Positions 40,404-49,882 of a stretch of 64,000 bases of DNA are shown here, in pieces (within the stretch, counting starts at the first letter, position 1; each line of letters starts with the position of its first letter). Location: positions 11,555 through 75,554 of IMG/VR virus record IMGVR_UViG_3300037488_001841, one strand, 5' to 3'. The stretch is from a virus. The position numbers were made by a program, and so were the translations under genes. Below the pieces are notes generated by a model. That model searched no databases and was not told the DNA's origin. It was given only the letters and a program-made list of their open reading frames with translations.

Positions 40404-41989
40404 TATGGACAAAGTATAACATCAATTATTGTACCTGTTGAATCTACTTGTACTGCATAAACTACAACTGCTGGTGCTAATACAGATGATATTGCAATCC
40501 ATTGATTATTTTGACCTGTTATTGGTAAATTTGATAAAGCATCAATTAATGGAATTCCGACAACAGGTAATGAAGTAGATGTAATCCATCCATTACTTGC
40601 AAATGATACATAATTACTACAAGCCAATATATCCGTAGACCACCAATTTGCTCCACTAGTCCAATTATAACTTGTAATTTGGTTTGTGGATGATGGTGTT
40701 GGTGTGTGTGTTGGAGTAGGTGTTGGACTTGGGAAACAAGGGACTCCCGTTTCACTAACATCTATTGATCCAAGTAACGAATATGGTGTTGATAATGAAT
40801 TAACAATTATACTCTGATATGCGTTTAATGTTTGAATTGTTGATAACCCTGATAAATCAGTGAAAACATATGTTTGATTGTTAATAGGGCTATTATTAGT
40901 TAATAAATATTGAACACAAAGAGTATTGTTACAACATACTCCCACATTGGTTATTATTGCGGTTCCTATTGAGATTGTTGGCACTGTGGTAGAACAAATG
41001 TGAATTACACGATCTCCCCAAGATTGTGCACCTACAGATGATGGTCTTAAATCAACCAATCTATTATCCGAACAATCATTAAATGTTATAACTGTGTTTT
41101 GAGCGGTACCATCAAAATTCGATATAGTGTAAGCATTACATGAACACGGTTTTGTTGGTGTTGGGGTCATTGTTGGGGTCATTGTTGGAGTAGAAGTAAT
41201 AGGAATACAATTTAAGCAACTACCATCACTTGACGGACCATATTCTGTGGTTATAACAACCTTATCCCCACCACTTATATTATCAACTATTGTTTGGAAT
41301 ATAAAACAAGATGATTTACCATTTATTGTTCCACCATAAACATCTCCAATAACTAATAAGTTTCCAATGGAGTCAAATAGAGTTTGTGTTGTGTAGTACT
41401 CAATACCGGTAAAACAATCCTCAAATTTCTTACTTGTTGCACAAACAATAAATCCATCAACGTTATTAAATTTTGCCACCCCATCATAATTACATGGTCT
41501 ATCAATTGGTGATGAAGGGGTTGGAGTATTAGTAGGTGTTGGAGTTGGGGTTGGTGAGTATGTATTTGCCGTTACGTTTAATGAAACACCACCACATACA
41601 TTGGTTGGGGTTGGTGTCATAGTTGGAGTTGGTGTTATAGTTGAGGTAGGGGTAGGTGTTGGTGTCGGTGGAACATCACAATCAAACTCTGCGTTAAAAT
41701 CAATATCACAAGGTACTGGTGGTGGTGGAGTTGGTGGACAAGGCCCATTAGATAAAATTGATGTGTAGAAATCGGGACAACTACTTGATGTTGGGGTTGG
41801 ACCAAATAAGAGACAAGGGTCTCCTAAATTAGCCGCTAAACACCATCTATTTTCTGTTATTGAATAAAAAACGTAGTAACCATTTGTTGCTCCAGTATAA
41901 TAATCTAAACTATAGTATTGGCCATCAATGGTATATGTGTCATCATATATTCCCGCATTACTTATACAAATATCTGTACTACAACTCAT
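40403..41989 (-). CDS. Cys-rich virion-like protein with four Thr-Pro tracts
   Basis: PTPTPTPT linkers between Cys-bracketed beta modules. Confidence 0.7.
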   Translation of the reverse strand: MSCSTDICISNAGIYDDTYTIDGQYYSLDYYTGATNGYYVFYSITENRWCLAANLGDPCLLFGPTPTSSSCPDFYTSILSNGPCPPTPPPPVPCDIDFNAEFDCDVPPTPTPTPTSTITPTPTMTPTPTNVCGGVSLNVTANTYSPTPTPTPTNTPTPSSPIDRPCNYDGVAKFNNVDGFIVCATSKKFEDCFTGIEYYTTQTLFDSIGNLLVIGDVYGGTINGKSSCFIFQTIVDNISGGDKVVITTEYGPSSDGSCLNCIPITSTPTMTPTMTPTPTKPCSCNAYTISNFDGTAQNTVITFNDCSDNRLVDLRPSSVGAQSWGDRVIHICSTTVPTISIGTAIITNVGVCCNNTLCVQYLLTNNSPINNQTYVFTDLSGLSTIQTLNAYQSIIVNSLSTPYSLLGSIDVSETGVPCFPSPTPTPTHTPTPSSTNQITSYNWTSGANWWSTDILACSNYVSFASNGWITSTSLPVVGIPLIDALSNLPITGQNNQWIAISSVLAPAVVVYAVQVDSTGTIIDVILCP

Positions 41990-41990
41990 A

Positions 41991-42212
41991 TTATATATTT
42001 AAAGTATCTGTTACGATACAATCATTATTATCCACCACTTTTACAACAAATTGAGTTAAACTTCCATATACTACCGGAATATTAAAACTATATGGTAAAT
42101 CAACCGTATTAATGGTTGAAACATAAATACAAGTTGTTATAGGAGAATCACACACATAAACATCAAATGGTTGTGCTCCGGTAACATTGTTAATTGTTAT
42201 ATTTGTTGGCAT
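41991..42212 (-). CDS. Small protein resembling a single SprB-like repeat (73 aa)
   Basis: MPTNITINNVTGAQPFDVYVC...VKVVDNNDC; start ATG at 42212, with TATTTAT at 42217-42223 (minus). Confidence 0.65.
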   Translation of the reverse strand: MPTNITINNVTGAQPFDVYVCDSPITTCIYVSTINTVDLPYSFNIPVVYGSLTQFVVKVVDNNDCIVTDTLNI

Positions 42213-42248
42213 ATCTATAAATATAGAACTTATCAAAAACTTGTGAAG

Positions 42249-42277
42249 TTGATATGTTCTTTTATTTTGTCTATATT
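42249..42277 (+). promoter_or_regulatory. Sigma70-type promoter for primase operon
   Basis: TTGATA-N17-TATATT. Confidence 0.65.
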
Positions 42278-42284
42278 ACTAAAA

Positions 42285-43184
42285 ATGGATGAAAGCGAAG
42301 CAATAGTTGAATTACTTGAGGATCTTTTAGGGGATCATGGATTACATTATCCAAATAGGGGACAAATATCCTTTAATTGTCCTGTGTGCGATGAGGGTAG
42401 AAATAAACATAACTTAGAAATTAACTATATAAATAATGTTTATAAATGTTGGTCGTGTGGTGATGTTGATGGAACTCACGGTTCTTTAGGTAAATTGTTT
42501 GATAAGTATGGTAACAGAAAATTAAAAAAATTATTCAATGTATTAAAACCTGAAACCGTACTACCAAAAAAACGAAGAACAAAAAAATTAACTTTACCTG
42601 AAGGATTTACCTTATTTAAAGAATCAAGTCCGGTATATCCTGTGAGAAGACAGGCGTATAATTACTTAATGAGTAGGGGTATAACCGATGAAATTATTGA
42701 AAAGTATAATATTGGTTTTTGTGATCGTGGGGATCATTTAGGTAGAATTGTTGTTCCATCGTATAATAGTAATGGAGATTTAAATTATTACATTGCAAGA
42801 AGTTGGGATCCAAAAAGTAGATTTAAATATAAAAACCCTGAGGCAGAAAAAGATAAAATCATCTTCAACGAAAGATTAATTGATTGGGATAAAGACATTT
42901 ATTTAGTGGAAGGGGTTTTTGATGGGTTCTTCTTAGATAATTCAATCCCGATGTTAGGTAAACATATGTCGGAAGTTTTATTTGAGAAAATTTACACAAA
43001 GTCAAAAGGTGATATAATTATAACTCTTGATGGTGATGCTTGGGATAATGCAGTTAAACTGTATCGTGAGTTAAATGGTGGTGAATTATATGATAGAATA
43101 AAAATTGTTCATTTACCATTAGATAAGGATGTTTGTGATTTAAGAGGAAAAATTGAAGATTTTTTTGTAAAAATTAGGGATTAA
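42285..43184 (+). CDS. dnaG: DNA primase (Zn finger + TOPRIM)
   Basis: CPVC...CWSC Zn finger, YLMSRGI, KYKNP, LVEGVFD, LDGDA, KDVCD; start ATG 42285. Confidence 0.88.
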   Translation: MDESEAIVELLEDLLGDHGLHYPNRGQISFNCPVCDEGRNKHNLEINYINNVYKCWSCGDVDGTHGSLGKLFDKYGNRKLKKLFNVLKPETVLPKKRRTKKLTLPEGFTLFKESSPVYPVRRQAYNYLMSRGITDEIIEKYNIGFCDRGDHLGRIVVPSYNSNGDLNYYIARSWDPKSRFKYKNPEAEKDKIIFNERLIDWDKDIYLVEGVFDGFFLDNSIPMLGKHMSEVLFEKIYTKSKGDIIITLDGDAWDNAVKLYRELNGGELYDRIKIVHLPLDKDVCDLRGKIEDFFVKIRD

Positions 43185-43224
43185 TGAAAAAAAGTATTAT
43201 CTTTGTTGGATTAAACATATAATT

Positions 43225-44079
43225 ATGGATTTAAAAGAAGTTGCTAAAGAGATAAGAGAGATTATTTCTCACAAACAAAAAGAACTTAATTTGACTTTTG
43301 AGGAAGATTCTCACAAGTATACAATGATAGATGTTGATGGTAAATTAAGAGACGATTTCCCATCGGTATCAAAAGTTTTAAAATCTTTTTATGAAGAGTT
43401 TGACTCTGAAGGTATTTCATATAGAAAGGCAAATGGTGATCCTTATGAACAACAACGATTATTGGAAGAGTGGGCGGCCGCTGGTGAATATTCGGTTAAC
43501 ATAGGATCTCGTTCTCACTTCTTCTTAGAAGAACATACCTTAAATGAATTTGGTCTTGAAAAAGAATTAAGACAACCTGTTTTTAAGTGTGATGCCGAAC
43601 AAATAGTTAAGAGTGATACTATGATTGTTGCGGGTAAAAATTACATTGAGTTACTTAAAGAACGAGGATGTGTATTATTAGATACGGAGATTGTTTTAGG
43701 ACACCCTGAATTAGGGTATACGGGTCAACCTGATAAGGTTTGGTTAGTTATTGGTGTTAATGGTCAAGTTGGTATTTTAATTACCGACTGGAAGACAAAC
43801 AAACCGAAAAACTTTGAGACAAATAAATTTACAAAACAGATGAAAAAACCATTAACTCATCTACCTGATAATGCTCTTGGTCACTATAAAACTCAATTAC
43901 CATTATACGGTAAGTTATTACTTAAAATGTTGGAAGGGTCTAAATACGAGAATATTCCGTTGTTAGGTTGTATTATTGTTTTGATAACTGAAGAAAGAGA
44001 GTATGTTGAACATAGAGTTGATAAAAAGACAATTAATACTATCTTAGAGATGGATGTTAAACAATATTTGAAAAAATAA
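43225..44079 (+). CDS. PD-(D/E)XK exonuclease (RecB/Cas4-like)
   Basis: SVSKV, G...H, GQPDKV, ITDWKT, QLPLY; TATCTTTG box upstream at 43198-43205. Confidence 0.8.
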   Translation: MDLKEVAKEIREIISHKQKELNLTFEEDSHKYTMIDVDGKLRDDFPSVSKVLKSFYEEFDSEGISYRKANGDPYEQQRLLEEWAAAGEYSVNIGSRSHFFLEEHTLNEFGLEKELRQPVFKCDAEQIVKSDTMIVAGKNYIELLKERGCVLLDTEIVLGHPELGYTGQPDKVWLVIGVNGQVGILITDWKTNKPKNFETNKFTKQMKKPLTHLPDNALGHYKTQLPLYGKLLLKMLEGSKYENIPLLGCIIVLITEEREYVEHRVDKKTINTILEMDVKQYLKK

Positions 44080-44098
44080 ACTTAAAAAAATATATTAA

Positions 44099-44311
44099 AT
44101 GGATGATATTTTAAAACCTAGAATTGACCTTAAACAACAACCAACAATCACTTGTGAGGATTGTGGATCAAAGTACTTCAAAGAAGTAGTATTATTAAAA
44201 AAAGTACCAAAATTATTAACCGGAAGTTCAGAAGATACAATTGTACCATTCCCAACATATATGTGTAATTCGTGTGGGTTTGTTAATGAAGACTTCATAT
44301 TATTTGATTAA
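44099..44311 (+). CDS. Small zinc-ribbon protein
   Basis: CEDC...CNSC. Confidence 0.75.
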   Translation: MDDILKPRIDLKQQPTITCEDCGSKYFKEVVLLKKVPKLLTGSSEDTIVPFPTYMCNSCGFVNEDFILFD

Positions 44312-44312
44312 A

Positions 44313-44459
44313 ATGGAAATTGGAAAAATGACAATAAGTGAGGTGTATCCTCATTTGAAAACTATATCGCTTGCGTATGGTTTAAGATTAAACAGATCTA
44401 AAGATTTTAAGTTAGCAAGAATTATTTTAGCAAACCTTTATAGTAGAGAATTAGTATGA
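44313..44459 (+). CDS. Hypothetical protein (48 aa)
   Basis: ATG 44313 directly follows the previous stop and overlaps the next start. Confidence 0.6.
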   Translation: MEIGKMTISEVYPHLKTISLAYGLRLNRSKDFKLARIILANLYSRELV

Positions 44460-44698
44460 CACATAAAGAATTTTACATTTGGTTAGATGGGTATCTAACA
44501 GGTAAACTTGAAAATAAACACATAGATATTGTACCTATTGTTGAAAAAATGAATGAGGTTAAAGATGAACCACAGGAGTCAGTTAAGATTACTCCATTTG
44601 AAAGAATACCAGTACCAATTAACCCTTTTCCAAAGATAGATCCATACTCACCACCATATGAAGTTTATTGTGGAACAAAAGAACAATTAAACGATTAA
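44456..44698 (+). CDS. Hypothetical protein
   Basis: ORF track; MT..EF..WL.GY N-terminus typical of small phage ORFs. Confidence 0.7.
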   Translation: MTHKEFYIWLDGYLTGKLENKHIDIVPIVEKMNEVKDEPQESVKITPFERIPVPINPFPKIDPYSPPYEVYCGTKEQLND

Positions 44699-44713
44699 AC
44701 GATTAAAAAAAAT

Positions 44714-44908
44714 ATGAAACAAGAAATTAATGAGTTGTCAATAACTCAACAAATTAAAACCCAATTAGAAAACTCTAACTTAGATGTTGTTATCACACCG
44801 GTTATGTATGACCCAAACGACTTTACACCTGTGTTAGGTGTATTAGTAAAAAACGAAGATTCAAGTTATAGTAGAAAATACACAATAACGGTTAAACCGA
44901 ACAATTAA
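44714..44908 (+). CDS. Hypothetical protein
   Basis: ORF track; operon spacing. Confidence 0.65.
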   Translation: MKQEINELSITQQIKTQLENSNLDVVITPVMYDPNDFTPVLGVLVKNEDSSYSRKYTITVKPNN

Positions 44909-45688
44909 ATGATTAAGAAAATAGTACACTTTTCTGATTTACATATCAGATTATTTAAAGATCACGATTTATACCGATCAATATTAGAGACGGCAATTGA
45001 ACAATGGAGAGAATTAGAGCCTGACCGTATTATATTTACGGGTGATTTAGTTCATTCTAAAAACCAAATAACACCCGAACTTATTGAGATTGTGGCTTGG
45101 ATTTTAACTGAATGTTCATTCATTGCTAAAACTGTTATTATACCTGGTAACCACGACTTTTTGGTAAACAATACCGAAAGATTAGATGCTCTTACTCCTA
45201 TTATTAATTCATTAAGAAATGAGGATATTGTGTACTACCGAGATAGAGGTGTGTATGAGGATGAGAATATTAGTTGGTGTGTCTATTCACAATATCAGGC
45301 GAACATTCCACCAGATTTGAATGTTGCTACGGGAATTAAAATTGGTTTATTTCACGGACCAATCCAAGGAATGAAAACCGATCTTGGTTTTGATTTTGGA
45401 GAAGAAGCGTATGATGTGGATAAGTTCAACGGACTTGAAGCAGTACTATGTGGTGATATACATAAAAGACAGGAATTCAAATTCAAAACCGGTAAAGGTT
45501 ATATGATTGGAAGCCCTATTCAACAGAATATTGGAGAAAGTATTGGCAAACATGGATATGGTATTTATGACATTGTCACAAAAGAATATTCGTATGTTGA
45601 TCTACCGAACCCAAAACCATTTTTAAAGTTCTCCATAAAATCATTTGAAGACATTGAAAATGGAACAGAAAAACTCCAAAATATTTAG
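44909..45688 (+). CDS. sbcD: Mre11/SbcD-like metallophosphoesterase nuclease (gp47-like)
   Basis: SDLH, TGDLVH, PGNHD, LFHG, GDIH, GSPIQQNIGE. Confidence 0.88.
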   Translation: MIKKIVHFSDLHIRLFKDHDLYRSILETAIEQWRELEPDRIIFTGDLVHSKNQITPELIEIVAWILTECSFIAKTVIIPGNHDFLVNNTERLDALTPIINSLRNEDIVYYRDRGVYEDENISWCVYSQYQANIPPDLNVATGIKIGLFHGPIQGMKTDLGFDFGEEAYDVDKFNGLEAVLCGDIHKRQEFKFKTGKGYMIGSPIQQNIGESIGKHGYGIYDIVTKEYSYVDLPNPKPFLKFSIKSFEDIENGTEKLQNI

Positions 45689-46274
45689 TAAGGAAACGAT
45701 TCAGTCAGTAACGGCATTTTGTGAATCCCAAGAAATAAAAGACGTAAACAACTTTATGTATTTATGTTTCAAACAAGGGTTTGATATAAAGAAATATGGA
45801 TTTTTAGGGGAAACCGAACAAGAAAAAATAATAGAAGTTCCTATTGAAATCATTAAAGAGGTTGAGAAAATAGTTGAGGTTCCTGTTGAAAAAGTTGTCA
45901 CAAAAATAGAATACATTCGTGACAAAAATAATGAAAACGAACTTGGTGAAAAAATTACCAAGTTGGAAAAAGAAATGTCTAAAAAGGATGAAGAATTAGA
46001 TCAACTTAGACGTAATTTAGACATTATTTTAGACGAACCACCAGTTGAAATAATCAAAGAGGTGGAGAAAATAGTAGAAGTCATTAAAGAGGTTGAGAAA
46101 CCGAATGATAGGATGGAAATGTTACAAGAAACATTACTTACCTTAAGAAAAGAACTTCAAACAAAAAACGAAAGAATAAAAGAATTAGAAAAAATAAACC
46201 GAGATCTTGAGAATCTCAGTTCACAAAAAGGTGCTGTTTTTCTTAGGGGATCAAATTTAAACAATAGATTATGA
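45660..46274 (+). CDS. Coiled-coil protein with EKIVEVPVE repeats
   Basis: ATG 45660; EKIIEVPIEIIKEVEKIVEVPVEKV. Confidence 0.7.
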   Translation: MEQKNSKIFSKETIQSVTAFCESQEIKDVNNFMYLCFKQGFDIKKYGFLGETEQEKIIEVPIEIIKEVEKIVEVPVEKVVTKIEYIRDKNNENELGEKITKLEKEMSKKDEELDQLRRNLDIILDEPPVEIIKEVEKIVEVIKEVEKPNDRMEMLQETLLTLRKELQTKNERIKELEKINRDLENLSSQKGAVFLRGSNLNNRL

Positions 46275-46624
46275 TAGAATTATTAATTTGGATGATTGTG
46301 GCATATGGTATGACCACAATATTAGTGTATGGATCAATCTTTAATGGGTTGAGAAATAATATTAAAAAAGCGGGTAGTAATGAAGGATGGTTCTTAACTA
46401 GACCATTTTTTAAATTTGTATCTGACTTAATTTCTTGTATGTTATGTACGGGAACATGGGTAGGGTTTTTCCTATCATTAACTTTTTATTCACCAATTTC
46501 ACATTTTATTGGACTTAATGAATATTATTCTGTATTCTTTGATGGAATGTTATCCGCAGGTTCAGTTTGGGGGATTAACGCAATAATTGAATGGTTTGAG
46601 GAAAATAGACCAAGTAATAAATAA
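46271..46624 (+). CDS. Membrane protein (DUF1360-like, CxxC-x-G-x-W)
   Basis: Three hydrophobic segments; LISCMLCTGTWVG. Confidence 0.65.
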   Translation: MIELLIWMIVAYGMTTILVYGSIFNGLRNNIKKAGSNEGWFLTRPFFKFVSDLISCMLCTGTWVGFFLSLTFYSPISHFIGLNEYYSVFFDGMLSAGSVWGINAIIEWFEENRPSNK

Positions 46625-46641
46625 TAACAAATAATATAACA

Positions 46642-46884
46642 ATGGGAAAAGCGGCAAAGGCTCACAGAGCAAAAGTGGAAAAACGAAACAGAATAATTGC
46701 ACAAGACAAATACGCAATGAATAAGGCGATTGAACGAATGTTTGAGGCACGAAAAATGGCAATGGAAAATGAAGAAAACCTAAATGTTGAGTTAAACGGA
46801 CAAGAATTAGGGTTTCAAGTTGTTGAAGAAGTAGAGGTTAATGAACCACAAGTTGAAGACCAAGTTTCTGAGTTAGAAAAATAA
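46642..46884 (+). CDS. Hypothetical protein (basic N-terminus, acidic C-terminus)
   Basis: ORF track. Confidence 0.7.
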   Translation: MGKAAKAHRAKVEKRNRIIAQDKYAMNKAIERMFEARKMAMENEENLNVELNGQELGFQVVEEVEVNEPQVEDQVSELEK

Positions 46885-46886
46885 AA

Positions 46887-49262
46887 ATGGATTTATTTAA
46901 TCCCCCAAAATTATTTAATTACAATATAATGATAAAAGATTTAGATTTTTCTACGTTTGAAAACCCATCAATACAAGTTGTATGGGAAGACTTACCTGAA
47001 AATTTCACACAAGACAAGATTAAGAGTGTTAAACATTATTTCCAAAAGAAATATAACACGACTAATGTGAATGTATTAACTAAGGTTAAAAACATTGAGA
47101 AAGATAGTATGCAAACTATTGATGTATCGGTGAATGTTGCTGATGTTAATTACCAACTTGACTTGTTGAAAAAATTCTTGGAATCAAAAGGTTATGACGG
47201 TCACTTGGATGATGTTTTAGGGATCAACAGAATGGTTGAGAACAAAATGCAAGAAGAGGAAGTTGAAACCACACAATTCAAGAAATGGTATATCAGAAAC
47301 ATAGAGTTCTCTAATTTCTTATCATATGGTGAGAACCAAAGATTGGATTTTGATAAGTGTGATGGTGTTGTGGTTGTAGAATCAAACCCACCAAACTTTG
47401 GGGGAAAAACAGTTCTTACGGTGGATTTGTTAATGTTCTTATTTTTTAATGAGACGACAAAAACTACTAAAGCGGAGGAGATCTTCAACCGATTTACTGA
47501 CAAAAATAAAGTAACGGTTAAAGGTGAAATCACAATTGATGGTGAGGAGTACATTATAGTTAGAAACATTGAAAGAAAACTTTCTAAGAAAGGTGAATGG
47601 AATGTTAAGACGGAATTGGACTTCTTTAAAAAATTGGCTGACGGTAGTTTACAAAACTTCACCGGAGAACAAAGAAGGGAAACTGAGGCGTTCATTAAGA
47701 ATTCCATCGGTACAAAGGAAGATTTCCTTATGACCATTTTAACTACGGCAACAAACCTTGAGGAATTGTTGGAATCAAAACCAACGGCAAGAGGTCAAGT
47801 GTTGTCTCGTTTTATGGGACTTGAGTTTTTGAAACGGAAAGAGGAAGTTGCAAAAGAAGTTTATTCGGACTTTAACAAATCAAAATTATCTAATCTTTAT
47901 AATTCTGAAATGTTGAAAACGGATAATAAAACTTATGTAACTCAAATCGCTGAATTAAATGATCAAATTGAGGTATTAAAAACAGAGATTGGTGATGTTG
48001 ATGAGAAAATCCTGAAAGGGAAAGAGTATCGCGACGATATGTTGAAGAAAAAACACGGAGACATTGACCATGAAATCAGTTTGATGAACCCGACTAAAAC
48101 TCAGGAGGAAATTGATTCTTTGGAACGAGAGAAAACAGGGTTTCAAAATAAATCAGAAGAACTTAAAGTTATTGAACCAAAAGAATTTTATCACGAAGAC
48201 CAACATGATAAAATTAAAGAGGAGTATAACGATACCTTTAAGTTGAAAATTGAGCTTGATACACAGATCAATGAAATTGAGAAATTGAAAAGTTCTGTGA
48301 GTGATGGTATCAAATGTGAGCACTGTGGAATTGAGTTAATGAATGCTTCAATAACCCAACAAAAAATTAGTCAACTTGCCGATTATATCATGCATAGAGA
48401 CCAAAAAACAACCTTAATGACGGATTTATCAGGCAGAGAACAACAGTTCGTACAACTTAAGAAAGATTTTGATGAGTATGAAAAAAATAAACTTATCAAA
48501 GAAAAATATGAGTTAAGTGTTGAAAGTTGTGATTTGAAGATTGGGACTTTAAAAGGTAAATTGGATAGTTGGGGTAAAGTTCAGGATAAAATCAAAGAGA
48601 ACACTAAAATTGATGAAATGTTGATTAAGGCGGATCTAAGATTGGATGAACTTGAAAACATTAAAAAGAATAAAAATTCTCAAATTTCAAATAACGAATA
48701 TCAAATCAAATCTTTGGATGAAAAGATTGTTAATAACAAAGGGTTGATTGATAAGATTAAGTTAGAAGAGGGTAGAGAAAAAATCTACAAGATTTATTTA
48801 GAGGCGTACGGTAAAAATGGGTTATCAAAAATCATTATGAAAACAATGATGCCGTTGATTAACTCAGAACTACAAAGATTGATGGAAGATAGTTGTTACT
48901 TCAAATTAGAAATTAGAATTAATGACAAAAATGAAGTTGAATTTTTGATGGTGGATAATAGTACTGGTATTGAAAAATTAATGGTTTCAGGATCGGGTTA
49001 CGAAAGAACAATTGCTTCTTTAGCTTTACGTTCTGTACTTACTAAGATCTGTACTTTACCCAAACCAAATTTGGTCGTTATGGATGAGGTGTTTGGAAAA
49101 ATATCTAATGATAACCTAGAAATGGTATCTGAGTTCTTCCAAAAAATTAAAGAGTATTTTGGTAAAGTGTTCCTAATTAGCCATAACCCAATGATTAGTC
49201 AGTGGGGTGATACTATTGTAAAAATTGAAAAGGAAAATAATGTGTCAAGAGTGTTAAATTAA
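46887..49262 (+). CDS. sbcC: Rad50/SbcC-like ATPase (gp46-like) with N-terminal extension
   Basis: IEFSNFLSYG, NFGGKT Walker A, CEHC zinc hook, SGYE signature, VMDEVFG, ISH. Confidence 0.9.
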   Translation: MDLFNPPKLFNYNIMIKDLDFSTFENPSIQVVWEDLPENFTQDKIKSVKHYFQKKYNTTNVNVLTKVKNIEKDSMQTIDVSVNVADVNYQLDLLKKFLESKGYDGHLDDVLGINRMVENKMQEEEVETTQFKKWYIRNIEFSNFLSYGENQRLDFDKCDGVVVVESNPPNFGGKTVLTVDLLMFLFFNETTKTTKAEEIFNRFTDKNKVTVKGEITIDGEEYIIVRNIERKLSKKGEWNVKTELDFFKKLADGSLQNFTGEQRRETEAFIKNSIGTKEDFLMTILTTATNLEELLESKPTARGQVLSRFMGLEFLKRKEEVAKEVYSDFNKSKLSNLYNSEMLKTDNKTYVTQIAELNDQIEVLKTEIGDVDEKILKGKEYRDDMLKKKHGDIDHEISLMNPTKTQEEIDSLEREKTGFQNKSEELKVIEPKEFYHEDQHDKIKEEYNDTFKLKIELDTQINEIEKLKSSVSDGIKCEHCGIELMNASITQQKISQLADYIMHRDQKTTLMTDLSGREQQFVQLKKDFDEYEKNKLIKEKYELSVESCDLKIGTLKGKLDSWGKVQDKIKENTKIDEMLIKADLRLDELENIKKNKNSQISNNEYQIKSLDEKIVNNKGLIDKIKLEEGREKIYKIYLEAYGKNGLSKIIMKTMMPLINSELQRLMEDSCYFKLEIRINDKNEVEFLMVDNSTGIEKLMVSGSGYERTIASLALRSVLTKICTLPKPNLVVMDEVFGKISNDNLEMVSEFFQKIKEYFGKVFLISHNPMISQWGDTIVKIEKENNVSRVLN

Positions 49263-49270
49263 TATAAAAA

Positions 49271-49882
49271 ATGTCTTTAGTAAAAATTTCTAATAAGTAT
49301 TATAAATTAGATAAAATATCAAATCCTTGGATTGGATCTAAATATGAATATATTAGAGATGCGGGTACCGACATAACGGGTAAAATTGGTGAGGAATTTA
49401 TTTATGAATTATTCTTAAAAATATTTGATGGTTGGGAAATATTTTGGGATAAAGATAAAAATACCGGACAAAAAGATGGTGTTTACGATATTAAATTAAT
49501 TAATAGTAAATATAATATAACTTTAAGGATTGAGGTAAAAACTGCAACCCAAGGAAAGGACGGTGGGTTCCAACATGAAAAAATATTAGGTAATGAATTT
49601 TGTGATAAATTATTATTTTTAGATATTAACCCAAATGATTTCTACATAACAATATTAGATGTTAATGAAATAGACTTTAATTGTAATGAAAAAACTATTT
49701 TAGGTAGAAAACTTCATAAACGATCTAATAGTGATCAAACTAAATTAGATTTTGGAGATAAAACAATTAAAAATGGTTTAAAGTTGGGGAAAACTATTTA
49801 TATTACAGATGATGAGAATCTAAAACAAATAAAAAATTTAAAAGGATTCTTAATAAAAAGTCTAACTGAAAAATATGGATAA
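49271..49882 (+). CDS. Putative type II restriction endonuclease (PD-(D/E)XK)
   Basis: GKIGEEF...YDI...IEVKTA; overlaps the downstream MTase. Confidence 0.65.
   Translation: MSLVKISNKYYKLDKISNPWIGSKYEYIRDAGTDITGKIGEEFIYELFLKIFDGWEIFWDKDKNTGQKDGVYDIKLINSKYNITLRIEVKTATQGKDGGFQHEKILGNEFCDKLLFLDINPNDFYITILDVNEIDFNCNEKTILGRKLHKRSNSDQTKLDFGDKTIKNGLKLGKTIYITDDENLKQIKNLKGFLIKSLTEKYG

Noticed and set aside
43225-44079. Cas4 / CRISPR adaptation gene
   Set aside because: A PD-(D/E)XK nuclease without the four-Cys Fe-S pattern, in a replication operon; a standard phage exonuclease.
44689-44707. Short aacgatta duplication at a stop codon
   Set aside because: Too short; most likely replication slippage.
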